A stretch of DNA of 64,000 bases from Leptospiraceae bacterium (GTDB taxonomy: Bacteria > Spirochaetota > Leptospiria > Leptospirales > Leptospiraceae): positions 784,313 to 848,312 of the forward strand of contig JABTUZ010000002.1 of assembly GCA_015075105.1 (NCBI GenBank). Reading direction: 5' to 3'. Positions 9,601 through 19,776 of the stretch are shown piece after piece; the first letter of the stretch is position 1, and every line of letters starts with the position of its first letter. A model generated the notes under the pieces. It was not told the origin of the DNA. It made no database searches and was given only the letters and a program-made list of their open reading frames with translations. The position numbers were made by a program, and so were the translations under genes.

Positions 9601-10905
9601 ATGAGAAGAAATATTGTTCATATTGGAGCTGATGAATTAAATTATGAAATCAGACAAATCGTTGCTATTGGTAAAAAATTAGAAGCTCTTGGTGTGCCAA
9701 TCACTTGGGAAAATATAGGAGATCCAATTCAAAAAGGAGAGCTTGTCGCTCCTTGGATTAAACAAATTGTTACGGACTTAGTTCAAGAAAATAAATCTTG
9801 GGGCTATACCGCAACCCAAGGAGACGAAAATACTAGAATTTTTCTTGCAAACAAAGTAAACGAAAGAGGTGGAGCAAAAATTACCCCTGAGGATATTTTA
9901 TTTTTTAATGGGCTTGGAGATGCAGTTGCAAAAATTTTTGGGTTTATGAGAAAAGAAGCTAGGATTTTAGGACCCAGTCCTGCTTACTCAACTCTTTCAT
10001 CTGCCGAAGCTGCTCATAGCGGGTATGACCACCTAACGTATGATTTAAATCCTGATCAAAATTGGATGCCTGACTTAGAGGATATAGAAAATAAAGTAAA
10101 GTATAATGATTCTATTACCGGTATTTTACTTATCAACCCGGACAATCCTACGGGAGCTGTATATAATAAAGATTTACTAAAAAAAATTGTTCGTATTTGT
10201 GAGAAGTACGACTGCATGTTGATCTGCGATGAAACGTATTCTCACATAAATTACTCTGAAACAGGAAGTATTCACCTGTCTGAAGTAATAGGAGATAAAG
10301 TTTGTGGAATTGCGCTTCGATCTATTTCTAAAGAATTTCCTTGGCCCGGTGCAAGGTGTGGCTGGCTTGAAATTTTTAATAGGCAAAACGATCCGATTTT
10401 TCAAAGATATATTAAAAGCCTTTTGGATGCAAAGATGCTCGAAGTTTGCTCAACTACTCTCCCTCAGCTTGCAATCCCAAAAATATATTCTTCTAAAGAA
10501 TTCATTCCTCACTTAAAAAGAAGAAATGAAATTTATAAACAAAGAGCAGAAAAAGCTGTAGCTATTTTAAGTGGGGTCAAGGGGGTAAAAGTTATAGAAC
10601 CTAAAGGTGCATTTTATCTTACAGTGTATTTTGAACAAGGTACATTAAACTCATCTATGAGCCTTTCTATATCCAATAGAAATGCTTTTGAATATATTAA
10701 TTCCATTATTCAAGGAAGTGCAAATGATAGAAGATTTGTTTTGAATTTGCTTGCTTCTACAGGAATTTGTGTAGTACCGCTTTCTTCGTTCTGTTGCAAA
10801 AAAGATGGGTTTCGCATAACGCTCTTAGAAGAAGATTCAAAAAAGTTTGATTGGATTTTCAACACGGTCCGTAAGTCGATTGAAGAGTATTTGCAATCCG
10901 CATAG
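9601..10905 (+). CDS. class I/II PLP-dependent aminotransferase (alanine/aspartate aminotransferase-like)
   Basis: 'INPDNPTG' and the PLP-lysine region 'SISKEFPWPGARCGW'. Confidence 0.85.
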   Translation: MRRNIVHIGADELNYEIRQIVAIGKKLEALGVPITWENIGDPIQKGELVAPWIKQIVTDLVQENKSWGYTATQGDENTRIFLANKVNERGGAKITPEDILFFNGLGDAVAKIFGFMRKEARILGPSPAYSTLSSAEAAHSGYDHLTYDLNPDQNWMPDLEDIENKVKYNDSITGILLINPDNPTGAVYNKDLLKKIVRICEKYDCMLICDETYSHINYSETGSIHLSEVIGDKVCGIALRSISKEFPWPGARCGWLEIFNRQNDPIFQRYIKSLLDAKMLEVCSTTLPQLAIPKIYSSKEFIPHLKRRNEIYKQRAEKAVAILSGVKGVKVIEPKGAFYLTVYFEQGTLNSSMSLSISNRNAFEYINSIIQGSANDRRFVLNLLASTGICVVPLSSFCCKKDGFRITLLEEDSKKFDWIFNTVRKSIEEYLQSA

Positions 10906-10923
10906 ATAAACTAATTTTTTCCA

Positions 10924-11697
10924 ATGAGTGAAAAACTTTCAACCTATCAAAAAAAAATTGGTGTTTTTGATTCAGGCATGGGAGGAATTTCTGTTCTTAG
11001 AGAAATGAATCAAAATCTTAAGGGGATAGATTTTTTTTATTATGGTGATATTGCCAATAGCCCTTATGGAAATAAATCCAAAGAAGAAATTACAAAACTT
11101 ACTAAAACTGCATGTGAATATTTTTTGGAAAAAAAAGTAGATGCAATTCTTCTTGCGTGCAATACGGCTACATCTGCCAGTGCGAAAATTTTACGGGAAG
11201 AATTTTCTATTCCAATATTTGGAATGGAGCCGGCATTAAAACCTGCCTTAATGGAAAACCCGGGACAAAAAATCGCAGTTCTTGCAACCCAATTCACAAT
11301 TTCAGAGGATAAATTTTTAGAATTAGAAAAAAATCTTAATGCAGTTGGAAGACTTTCTGTTTTTTCTTGTGAAGGCCTTGCATCTCTTGTAGATCAAAAA
11401 AATTTTGAAAAGTCTAAAGCTTTTCTAGAGCCTATTTTAGAAAAAGTTCGACAAGAAAAGATTCAGGCAATCGTGCTTGGTTGCACTCACTATGTTCTAT
11501 TAAAAAAAATTTTCCACTCTCTCTACCCTAATGTAAGGTTATACGATGGGAATAAAGGAACATATACACATGTTCAAAAATCTTTAAATCTTCAAATAGG
11601 TCATTCTACCAAGAATCATATAAACCTTTTCTTAAATGGAGGCTCCGATTATGATTATTCAACTGCAAATTATTATTTACAAGAGCCTTTTTCATGA
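10924..11697 (+). CDS. murI: glutamate racemase
   Basis: 'GVFDSGMGGISVL', catalytic Cys motifs 'ACNTAT' and 'GCTHY'. Confidence 0.9.
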   Translation: MSEKLSTYQKKIGVFDSGMGGISVLREMNQNLKGIDFFYYGDIANSPYGNKSKEEITKLTKTACEYFLEKKVDAILLACNTATSASAKILREEFSIPIFGMEPALKPALMENPGQKIAVLATQFTISEDKFLELEKNLNAVGRLSVFSCEGLASLVDQKNFEKSKAFLEPILEKVRQEKIQAIVLGCTHYVLLKKIFHSLYPNVRLYDGNKGTYTHVQKSLNLQIGHSTKNHINLFLNGGSDYDYSTANYYLQEPFS

Positions 11698-11854
11698 TTC
11701 CAATCTACAAAATATTTTTCTGTAGTTTTAAACATTCGATCCAAGGTGCTTTACAGTATAGTAGGCTTTGATTATGTAATTTCTATTACGTGTAGATATG
11801 CCTCACCTTTGATTTTTTTTGGTAGGTTTTGATTCAAAAGCAGATCTTTCTTTT

Positions 11855-12343
11855 TTAGTATATTTTTTTGCTTTTTTTGGTTTTTCGCCACTTCTTATGT
11901 CGTATCAGCCTATTGTATCGTGTGGTTTTTCTCTTGGAGAGATAGACTCCTACCGCAATCGAACTGACCTTGGGTGGAACTCCAAAGTCATAGAACTTGG
12001 CAGGGATGATTATGTCCCATCCGGCAATGTCAAGCAGCAAAAGAAGAGTAAAAAGAGCCGTTCGGGAAATACCAAGCCATTGAGCAAACTCACCAAGCTC
12101 AATCCAATCTGCGTTCTCAGGACGAAAATTCTTCTTCTGAAGATTCTGCCCTTCTTCCTGATACACCGTTTTAACACAATCCAACTTTTTCAAAGTCCAA
12201 AGTAACACATTCCTGTATCTCTCCAACAATTCGTGCAAGTAATCCTCTCTCGAAATAGTTTCAGTCCTCGAGGTAAACTCATCCATATATTTTTCTGGAA
12301 TAAGCAGACTTGACTGCGTTCGTTCAAATTTTTCTGGATTCAA
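11855..12343 (-). CDS. DUF1564-type hypothetical protein (Leptospira-restricted family)
   Basis: 162-aa ORF. 'SSLLIPE...' and 'W..LG..A...GISRTALFTLLLLLD' match my recollection of DUF1564 proteins. TTG start preceded by AGGAG at 6 nt. Confidence 0.5.
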   Translation of the reverse strand: MNPEKFERTQSSLLIPEKYMDEFTSRTETISREDYLHELLERYRNVLLWTLKKLDCVKTVYQEEGQNLQKKNFRPENADWIELGEFAQWLGISRTALFTLLLLLDIAGWDIIIPAKFYDFGVPPKVSSIAVGVYLSKRKTTRYNRLIRHKKWRKTKKSKKIY

Positions 12344-12495
12344 AGTATTCTCCTAATATAAAATTTTTCTTTCCTCTAGTTTCTGTCCCCAGCCACTATT
12401 TCTTGCCTCTTGATATAAGGTAAAATAATATCGTGATAGAAATAAAATTTTTACAATTTTAGAAAAAATTTTTTAGTTTTTACAGAAAAAATCCC

Positions 12496-12642
12496 AAATC
12501 TACACTAAATGCGTAATCTCTTGAAATCCCCCAAAAAAGTGGAGTTCCCTCATTTTTGCCTAAAAGGTGAACAATTGGTATAAAACATGCACTTTACTGA
12601 AAAGAGTGGAGATCCCACATTTTTGCACGAAAAGTACAAAAT
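12496..12642 (+). repeat. degenerate copy of the dispersed TIR element, with an internal ~66-bp tandem duplication
   Basis: 'AAATCTACACTAAATGCG' matches the left block. Two units 12535-12568 and 12601-12635 (AAAAGTGGAGTTCCCTCATTTTTGCC / AAAGAGTGGAGATCCCACATTTTTGCAC) match the central block. 'TTTTTGCACGAAAAGTACAAAAT' matches the right block. Confidence 0.45.
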
Positions 12643-12825
12643 CTGTACTAAAAGTAAAATCTTCAAAACTCTACTAAAGTGAAAAACCTCGATCTAAAAA
12701 GAAAAATCTAATGGAATAAGATTTTAGCTCTACTATTTCCGTCCTTAGACCTCAGTCTTTTCGTCCTCCGAATAGTTCTTTAGAAAGAAGTTGCTATGAT
12801 AGAATATTTCACTTAAGATAATTTA

Positions 12826-13872
12826 TCATGAAGTCTTTTTTTCAAATGCGGAAAATAAAAAATGCAAAAATGCAAGAATACTTAGTGCAAGCACAATACC
12901 CAGTATAGACTTTTGCCAATTAATAAAAATTGTTCCATTAGAAATAATTCTATCTTGTCTATTTTCTTCAGGAACAAAAGGAGTTCCCCCGGATACTTGA
13001 AATTTTACTTCTTCATTAATTTTCGAGTACGTAACTTTATACGCCTTCATCTTTTTTGGAACGCCATTCTCAAGAAGTGAGAATTCTTTTGCTCCAATTA
13101 TTCTTAGTTGTATATCTTCGGGCTTTAAAAAAACTATCTGTCCATTTTTACTTTGATCAAACAACAATTTATCTTCAAATTCAATATCAGATAAATCTGG
13201 AGCAGAAATAGAATACGTTAGTTGCAATTCGTTTACACCCGGTAGGATAGCCCTATCTAAAATACGTCCATTTTTTCCCTGAGCTAGCGTTAAAGGAATT
13301 CCCATTTTAGATTCATTTTGTGAAATTTGGCCAAATACCTCTGTTGCTGACTTTGGAACATAAATTTCTAATTGCTTGTCAGGATCTAAAAAACTAACAG
13401 GTGGGTTGGAAGTGTTTGAAAATATATAAATTTTGTTAATAATAATCTCATTTTTTGTTCGAACGATTTGTAATAGTCCCCTAATTTCAGTTGAGTGAAA
13501 ATTTTTTTCTGAGTCAAAAACAGTAATCTCCTGCGGTTTATTGAAACTATTAGGGTCCAATGAAACTACCTTATTATAATTGACTCCCATATATTTTGCT
13601 TGAAGTAATAGTGAGGACGATTCAGAAATAGAGATTTTAGAAAACGTAAATTTCCCCTGAACATTAGTGATTTCAGAGAGTATTTTCATTTGACTATTTA
13701 AGTCAATGAGTCTAAGGGTTTCGGCAAATCCAGTTACCTTTCTTGTCCCGTTGTGAATAGAAACAGAAATATCTACTTCTATTCCAAATACTTGGGTAGA
13801 AAAAAATAGAGATAGTAGTAAAAATAGTTTAAGCCGAAACAGATGAACTGACTTTATAGTAAATATTTCCAA
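12826..13872 (-). CDS. hypothetical secreted/membrane-anchored protein
   Basis: 348 aa; N-terminal signal peptide, C-terminal TM helix; start abuts the stop of the usp gene. Confidence 0.5.
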   Translation of the reverse strand: MEIFTIKSVHLFRLKLFLLLSLFFSTQVFGIEVDISVSIHNGTRKVTGFAETLRLIDLNSQMKILSEITNVQGKFTFSKISISESSSLLLQAKYMGVNYNKVVSLDPNSFNKPQEITVFDSEKNFHSTEIRGLLQIVRTKNEIIINKIYIFSNTSNPPVSFLDPDKQLEIYVPKSATEVFGQISQNESKMGIPLTLAQGKNGRILDRAILPGVNELQLTYSISAPDLSDIEFEDKLLFDQSKNGQIVFLKPEDIQLRIIGAKEFSLLENGVPKKMKAYKVTYSKINEEVKFQVSGGTPFVPEENRQDRIISNGTIFINWQKSILGIVLALSILAFLHFLFSAFEKKTS

Positions 13873-14304
13873 TTATCGAACAACAGTCACACTGCATGGA
13901 GCATGATGAACGACTCTATCCGAAACAGAACCTACTAAAAATCTTGCAAATGCAGAGTTTCCTCTGCTACCGATTACAATTTGATCAATTTTTTCTTTCG
14001 AGGCAACTTCACAAATCTTTTCGGCAGGGTATCCTTCCTCAACAAGGCGTTTCCATTTAATATCTGATGAATCTAAAATAGTATGAACTTTTTCGAGTCT
14101 TTGATCGGATATCCACTTTACACGTTCTTTTCCGGCAGGAGGATTTTCATAATAGCCCGGAAGAGGTCCAAATTCTTCGACCACCTCTAAAACAAAAACT
14201 TCTGCTTTTGCAGCTTTTGCAATCGAGATTCCTAATTCAAGGGCTTTCTTAGAGCTGGCAGATCCATCAATCGGAATCAAAATTCTTTTAATATGTTTAT
14301 CCAT
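13873..14304 (-). CDS. universal stress protein (UspA family)
   Basis: '[11 protein letters not shown]' and '[31 protein letters not shown]'. Confidence 0.85.
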   Translation of the reverse strand: MDKHIKRILIPIDGSASSKKALELGISIAKAAKAEVFVLEVVEEFGPLPGYYENPPAGKERVKWISDQRLEKVHTILDSSDIKWKRLVEEGYPAEKICEVASKEKIDQIVIGSRGNSAFARFLVGSVSDRVVHHAPCSVTVVR

Positions 14305-14407
14305 AAAAATATTTTTGAAGAGTAAGGTTTTCTGTAAACAAACTTTTCTTATTCAAAAAACTTGCAAAAGACAAGCTAAGATTTAATCAAGTCTTAGGAG
14401 TAAAAAA

Positions 14408-14881
14408 ATGCGACCTTTTAAAGTGTTAGGAATTCAACAAATTGCAATTGGTGGAGACAGCAAAGATCGTCTTTCACATTTCTGGATAGATATTATGGGG
14501 TTGACAAAGGTAGGTCAATTCAGAAGCGAAAAAGAAAATGTGGACGAAGACATTGTGAGAATTGGTGAAGGCCCTTTTTCCGTGGAAGTAGATTTGATGA
14601 TGCCGATTGATTCGAATAAAAGTCCCAAGGTTCATGATCCTAAATTAAATCATTTCGGGTTGTGGATTGATGACTTGCAAAAGTGCGTAGAGTATCTTAC
14701 TGAAAAAAAAGTTCGGTTTACTCCCGGAGGAATTCGCAAAGGTGCTGCCGGTTATGATGTGTGTTTTATTCATCCTAAGGGAAATGATGAGTTCCCATTT
14801 TGTGGCGAAGGCGTTTTGATTGAATTGATACAAGCACCCAAGGAAGTGATCGAGGCGTTTCGTAAGTATTTCCATAAATAA
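14408..14881 (+). CDS. VOC/glyoxalase-family protein (methylmalonyl-CoA epimerase-like)
   Basis: 157 aa; paired beta-alpha-beta-beta-beta pattern with 'IQQIAIG' and '[11 protein letters not shown]'. Confidence 0.65.
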   Translation: MRPFKVLGIQQIAIGGDSKDRLSHFWIDIMGLTKVGQFRSEKENVDEDIVRIGEGPFSVEVDLMMPIDSNKSPKVHDPKLNHFGLWIDDLQKCVEYLTEKKVRFTPGGIRKGAAGYDVCFIHPKGNDEFPFCGEGVLIELIQAPKEVIEAFRKYFHK

Positions 14882-14927
14882 TTTTTGCAATTAGTACAAT
14901 TTAAGAAAAGGCAGTAAAACAAGTTCT

Positions 14928-15905
14928 TTAACAAGTATTGTTGTGGTTTACGTGAGAATGTCTTCTTGTCCAAATCCAGCTTACATAAATGATTAGTGCA
15001 AAAAAACCGTAAAAAATAAATTGAGCTAAATGTAAAATTGTCGCATAAACAAGACCGTTTGCTGAAGTTTTTCCCAATAATACAAAACCAGAGATTATAG
15101 AAGCATGAAAAACACCTATCCCGGAAGGAGCTGATGGAATAGCGACACCCATAGCCCCACAAAATATTAAAAAAATAATTTCTATATATGAAATTTGCAT
15201 TCCGAGTAAGCCAAAAATTCCAAGATAAATTGTTGAATATGCACACAACCACATAAAAAGAGATATTAACGCTGGTTTTAAAAAAGCTCTTAAAGTAAGA
15301 AACTCTCCTAAATCCACAATATGCTCTTTAACTTTAGAATGAAAAAATTCTTCCTTTCTTATTAACATAAATGGAAGAGAAAGTATTCTTATGAAAGATT
15401 GATTTTTGTATCGAAGGTAAAGCAAAACTGCAATAAGTCCAAGTACCAAAATTCCCGAAAAAGTAAAAATTGCCAAATTAGAGGACTTCTGTTGATTGAT
15501 TCCTAAGAGAAAAAAAGAAACTAAACCAATGAGGATTACAGTGATAAAATCCACTACTTTCTCAATAAAAATTTTTGAAAGAAGGGTTGGATAAAGAATA
15601 TGAGATTCTTTTTTACAATAAAAAATTCTAAGTATATCTCCACCTCTGGCCGGTAGAATCATATTCGCTCCACCACCTAAAATAACCGAGGCCAAAGCGA
15701 GTTTGTATTTCATTTTTTTTTCAAGAAGAATGTACCATCTTGCACCAAATAGAATAAGACCAAAGATACTACCAAGAATAAATGGTATTAAATAAAAATA
15801 ATTTATTCTCTCTTTGATCTTATAAAATTCATAGAACTCGATTTTACTGATTAAGAAACTAACTGCAAGAAGACTCGTGACAACTCCTACAAGAAGTTTT
15901 TTCAA
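14928..15905 (-). CDS. polytopic membrane protein, flippase-like/LPG-synthase TM-domain family (UPF0104)
   Basis: 325 aa, ~8 TM helices, 'GARWYILL' motif near TM2. Confidence 0.55.
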   Translation of the reverse strand: MKKLLVGVVTSLLAVSFLISKIEFYEFYKIKERINYFYLIPFILGSIFGLILFGARWYILLEKKMKYKLALASVILGGGANMILPARGGDILRIFYCKKESHILYPTLLSKIFIEKVVDFITVILIGLVSFFLLGINQQKSSNLAIFTFSGILVLGLIAVLLYLRYKNQSFIRILSLPFMLIRKEEFFHSKVKEHIVDLGEFLTLRAFLKPALISLFMWLCAYSTIYLGIFGLLGMQISYIEIIFLIFCGAMGVAIPSAPSGIGVFHASIISGFVLLGKTSANGLVYATILHLAQFIFYGFFALIIYVSWIWTRRHSHVNHNNTC

Positions 15906-15941
15906 TTATCCACCTACAATTAGTTTGTTTTGAAGATGATA

Positions 15942-17330
15942 TTAATCTTCATCATCTTCGCTTTTTACTTCTTCTTTTTTCTCTTTTTTATTCACCGCAG
16001 AGTTATCAAATTCATCTTCATCGTCATCGGTTTCTCTTTCTCTAAGGTCAGAACCGGTAGTTTTGGAAATATTGATTACATCGATCTTTGCACCGTAAAC
16101 CCAACCTTCAAGATAATTTTTCTTTACGATTCCATCGTCATAAGCTAACTGAACTAAATAGTAGTAATCTTCTAAGATCTTCCCTGCAATTCTTGCTTTA
16201 TAAAGTTTGGGAGCTACTCTTTTAATTTTAACTATTTCTCCTTTAGACAAGGTGATGATTCTGTCACCTCTGGCGTTTGGACTTCTCTTAATCGTAGCTT
16301 GGTTGGATTTGATTATCGCATAACGTCCGGTAGCATTCCTTCTATACGCTAAAACTTTTTCGATATATTTTTTTGTGTCATCGTCTTTAGTCATAAGATA
16401 GAGTTTTACGAGAACAAGTGTAGCTCCAAATGTTTGGTTGTTGCTTGCCAAGTTATAAGCAATATAACGAATGAAAGGAGCAAGATTTGGTTTAATTTCG
16501 AGAGTTTTATAAATAAGGTCTAAACTTTCTTTGGATCGATGGTGGCTAAGACCGATTAGTGCTTGCATTACAAGCTCGATTTGACTAGACTCAATATATT
16601 TTTTGAATGTAGTCCTATCTTCAGCTACATTATAATATCCTAGTCCTTCTAATGCAGCACCAAGCACTTTTACGTCTTCCGATTTAAGTCCTTCTGAAAC
16701 AATTATTTCTCTTCCAGTCGATGAACGAAGTTTTCCAAGTCCTTTGTATGATGCAGCTCTGATTTCCGGGTATTTTGATTTTGTTCCTCTCAGGAAATAT
16801 TTAAAGGAGCTTTGTGATCCGATAATCGCAATCGAATTGTATGCCGCCTGACGCACTAAATACCCATCTGTTTCAATCGCTCTGTGTAAAGTTTTAAGAC
16901 CTGTTCGCATTCTCCCGAGGGCATCTGCTGCTTCAGCACGAACTTCAGGGATCGGGTGTTTTTGCAATAGTCTGATAATTGCATTTTCACCGGATCTGTT
17001 TCTGCGTGACTCGTAACGCAAGATAAGACTTTTTGCTTCTTCTATTCTGGCTTTTTCGGTTTTAGTTTCCGGTGCAGCTTTTTTGTCTCCTTCTTTTGGT
17101 GCTGACTCATCTTTTTTATTTGAGTCATCATCATCCGTTGAATCATCACCATCATCTTTCACTGTGATTAGCGTAGTGTTGGAATTTTTGGAAAAATCTT
17201 GCATTGTGTTTGTTTCAAGAAAATTTTTCTCGTTGAGTTTTTCAGAGAAATACCCTTTTTCAACTGAATAGACAGTTGAAGCAAAAAAGAATAGGAGTGT
17301 TGCTATGAGCGATGTTTTCAAGGAAGTCAC
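15942..17330 (-). CDS. secreted HEAT-repeat protein with acidic low-complexity segments
   Basis: Signal peptide; HEAT-like repeats 'PEVRAEAADALGRM' and 'PEIRAASYKGLGKL'; D/E-rich stretches near both ends. Confidence 0.6.
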   Translation of the reverse strand: MTSLKTSLIATLLFFFASTVYSVEKGYFSEKLNEKNFLETNTMQDFSKNSNTTLITVKDDGDDSTDDDDSNKKDESAPKEGDKKAAPETKTEKARIEEAKSLILRYESRRNRSGENAIIRLLQKHPIPEVRAEAADALGRMRTGLKTLHRAIETDGYLVRQAAYNSIAIIGSQSSFKYFLRGTKSKYPEIRAASYKGLGKLRSSTGREIIVSEGLKSEDVKVLGAALEGLGYYNVAEDRTTFKKYIESSQIELVMQALIGLSHHRSKESLDLIYKTLEIKPNLAPFIRYIAYNLASNNQTFGATLVLVKLYLMTKDDDTKKYIEKVLAYRRNATGRYAIIKSNQATIKRSPNARGDRIITLSKGEIVKIKRVAPKLYKARIAGKILEDYYYLVQLAYDDGIVKKNYLEGWVYGAKIDVINISKTTGSDLRERETDDDEDEFDNSAVNKKEKKEEVKSEDDED

Positions 17331-17457
17331 CTTTATATAAAAAAAGTTTCAAGAATAGTATGAATATTAATCTTGACTTAATTTTCAATCTATTTATATT
17401 CTTACTTAAAATTATCGGTAAAAGACTATCAGTAAATTAAGCGGTATTTTAGGAGGA

Positions 17458-19092
17458 TTGAAGGCAGGACAACTCCAAAAGCTAAAAAATCTTGCCGAAA
17501 AGCGTCTAAAAGAAGATGTATTGATTTCCAAAGATTTGGCTAAGTCAATTTGTGAGATTTCTTTTGAGATTAGAAGGCAGGTTGGTCTCCTCATAGATCG
17601 AAAAGGTTATGTCACACACGTAATTATAGGGAATGACAATTCCATCGAAATTCCCTATCTCGATAGGATTCGCACCTCAGAGACTCGTCTTCGGGGAATT
17701 CGGCTCGTACATACCCATTTAAAGAAAGAGCCTCTATCCATGGATGATCTTACAGACTTGGTGTTATTGAGGTTGGACTACATTACTGCAATCACTATGG
17801 ACTTAAATGGATTTCCTGAGAACTTTTATTCATCTCATATCAACGCTGAAGAAAATTCTGAAAAACTTTGGACTGTATTAGAAAAAGAGTACCCCGGTCA
17901 ACTAAAAGAAGGAATGCTGTCTGAAATCATTGAAATAGAAAATAGCCTTGCTAAGAGAAGAGACAACTTAAAAGCAGCACAAAAATTGAATCGCGCGATC
18001 CTTGTTGGAGTCTATTTGAATAATAAATTTTCCAGAAATCCAGAAAGCTCAATGGCAGAATTGAAAGAGCTTTGTCGAACTGCCGGAATTTATGTAGTGG
18101 ATACGTTTTCTCAAAAGAGAAGTGCATTGGATGCAAGTACGGTTTTGGGAAAGGGAAAGATTCAAGAAATTATCCTGAACTCGATTCAAAAAGATGTTGA
18201 ACTACTCGTATTTGATTTAGAGCTTTCCAGTTCTCAAGCAAAGAAAATTTCAGATTTTTCAGATTTGAAGGTAATAGACAGGACTCAACTCATACTCGAT
18301 ATTTTTGCAAGAAATGCAAAAAGTAGAGACGGTAAATTGCAGGTAGAGCTTGCACAATTAAAATATTTAAAAGGGCGACTATCTGAACTCGATGACAATA
18401 TGTCGAGACTGACCGGAGGAATCGGAGGAAGGGGGCCCGGAGAAACAAAACTTGAAATTGGAAAAAGACGAGTAGAAGAAAAAATTCACAGATTGGAAAA
18501 TGAAATAAAAAGTTTAAGAACAAGAAGAGAATTGAATAGAAAAAGAAGAGGAAGAAATGAAATTCCTGTAGTCGGGATTGTTGGCTATACCAATGCCGGT
18601 AAGTCAACCCTATTGAATTCTTTAACAAACTCAGAAGTGATAGCAGAAGATAAATTATTTGCTACCTTAGACCCTACTACTCGAAGAATTCGTTTTCCCT
18701 CTGTAAGAGAAATAATTATTTCTGATACAGTGGGATTTATCCATGACCTGCCTCCGGACTTGTCTAACGCATTCAAAGCAACCTTGGAAGAATTATCTGA
18801 TGCAGACTTGCTTCTTCATGTAATTGACTCCTCGAATCCGGATTATGAAGAGCACATTAAAGCAGTCGAAAAAATATTGATTGAACTTAAATTAATTGAT
18901 ATTCCGAGAATTCAAGTTTTTAATAAAATAGATTCTTGTCCGAGAGATTTTCCTAAAAACAATCAAAACGATATGTATGTATCTGCTTTGCAAAAAATAG
19001 GGTTAGAAGAGCTTTTGGATCGAATAGAAAAAGAAATCTGGTTAAATAAAAATCAAGACCAAGCAGACTTAGCTTTGTCTTTGGATTCATAA
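17458..19092 (+). CDS. hflX: GTPase HflX
   Basis: HflX N-domain, G1 '[12 protein letters not shown]', 'DTVGF', 'NKID'; ~100-aa N-terminal extension. TTG start as in the ORF track; the start is uncertain. Confidence 0.9.
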   Translation: MKAGQLQKLKNLAEKRLKEDVLISKDLAKSICEISFEIRRQVGLLIDRKGYVTHVIIGNDNSIEIPYLDRIRTSETRLRGIRLVHTHLKKEPLSMDDLTDLVLLRLDYITAITMDLNGFPENFYSSHINAEENSEKLWTVLEKEYPGQLKEGMLSEIIEIENSLAKRRDNLKAAQKLNRAILVGVYLNNKFSRNPESSMAELKELCRTAGIYVVDTFSQKRSALDASTVLGKGKIQEIILNSIQKDVELLVFDLELSSSQAKKISDFSDLKVIDRTQLILDIFARNAKSRDGKLQVELAQLKYLKGRLSELDDNMSRLTGGIGGRGPGETKLEIGKRRVEEKIHRLENEIKSLRTRRELNRKRRGRNEIPVVGIVGYTNAGKSTLLNSLTNSEVIAEDKLFATLDPTTRRIRFPSVREIIISDTVGFIHDLPPDLSNAFKATLEELSDADLLLHVIDSSNPDYEEHIKAVEKILIELKLIDIPRIQVFNKIDSCPRDFPKNNQNDMYVSALQKIGLEELLDRIEKEIWLNKNQDQADLALSLDS

Positions 19093-19424
19093 ATTACAAC
19101 ATCTTTTGGAATTTCGATCAGATTGAGTATGGTTTCTAAAAAAGGATGGATCCCACCGATTACGATTTTTCCATTTTTCTGTGCGACTGTTCGAATAATG
19201 GTCAACAACATAGCAATCCCGGTGCTATTGATATATTCAAGCGAAGATAAATCTAATATTAGATTATAAATTTTATCTTCAAAGACGATACTGATTTTCT
19301 TGGAAATCTCAAATGCGTTGTTATTAGAAATTTTTCCGCATAGTTCTACAAGCATTACAGGCAGCTCGCCTATGTGCAAAACATCAGTTTCAAAATAAAA
19401 AGAATCGAAGTCTGTCCTTACCAT
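19053..19424 (-). CDS. STAS-domain anti-sigma-factor antagonist (SpoIIAA/RsbV-like)
   Basis: '[18 protein letters not shown]' with the phosphorylatable Ser context; its 3' end overlaps the hflX 3' end by 40 nt. Confidence 0.8.
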   Translation of the reverse strand: MVRTDFDSFYFETDVLHIGELPVMLVELCGKISNNNAFEISKKISIVFEDKIYNLILDLSSLEYINSTGIAMLLTIIRTVAQKNGKIVIGGIHPFLETILNLIEIPKDVVIYESKDKAKSAWS

Positions 19425-19437
19425 ACAATCTAATCCT

Positions 19438-19776
19438 TTATTTTACTATTAGGGTTAAATTTTCAAGATTTATTCTAATTTTTTCCTTGAGTATATATTT
19501 TTTTTCATCATAAAACCCCTTCCACACAATTGCAATTTTTCCCCTATTGCGTGAAAGCTCTCCTTCATAATTTAAATATATATTTCTATGGTTTGGCTTC
19601 TTTGTGCAAGTTACCTCTTCCCCGCTTTGGAATCTTCCCCAGTCTTTTCTCTGAAACTCATAAGTTAGTAATTCCGAGTTTTCTTCTGTTTCAAAAAATA
19701 TATCGTAGTGCGATTCATTATGGAAGTTGAAAACTTGCTTAGGGAAATCGTGAAAAGAAATAGTAACCCTTTTCAG
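19438..19776 (-). CDS. LigD_N-type (DNA ligase D 3'-phosphoesterase-like) small protein; start codon non-canonical or lost
   Basis: 112-codon open frame absent from the ORF track: (L)KRVTISFHDFPKQVFNFHNESHYDIFFETEENSELLTYEFQRKDWGRFQSGEEVTCTKKPNHRNIYLNYEGELSRNRGKIAIVWKGFYDEKKYILKEKIRINLENLTLIVK*. 'H.ESHYD..FE' and 'NHR..YL.YEGE.S..RG....W.G.Y' fit the family pattern. No in-frame ATG/GTG/TTG before codon ~85. AGGAG lies 5 nt upstream of CTG 19776. Confidence 0.5.
   Translation of the reverse strand: MKRVTISFHDFPKQVFNFHNESHYDIFFETEENSELLTYEFQRKDWGRFQSGEEVTCTKKPNHRNIYLNYEGELSRNRGKIAIVWKGFYDEKKYILKEKIRINLENLTLIVK

Noticed and set aside
9328-9621. 97-aa minus-strand ORF in the gap before the aminotransferase gene
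   Set aside because: It is a hydrophobic, low-complexity product that overlaps the aminotransferase start and has no recognisable motif. It is treated as non-coding, although a tiny membrane protein cannot be excluded.
11819-12205. 128-aa plus-strand ORF
   Set aside because: It is antisense to the DUF1564-type gene, which has the SD-preceded start and the family-like sequence, so the plus-strand ORF is likely spurious.
12535-12635. Possible CRISPR array or sigma54 promoters in the two 34-nt direct repeats
   Set aside because: There are only two units, they are imperfect, and no cas genes are present. The GG...GC spacing in TGGAG-N..-TTTTTGC is about 17 nt rather than the 12 nt required for -24/-12 promoters.
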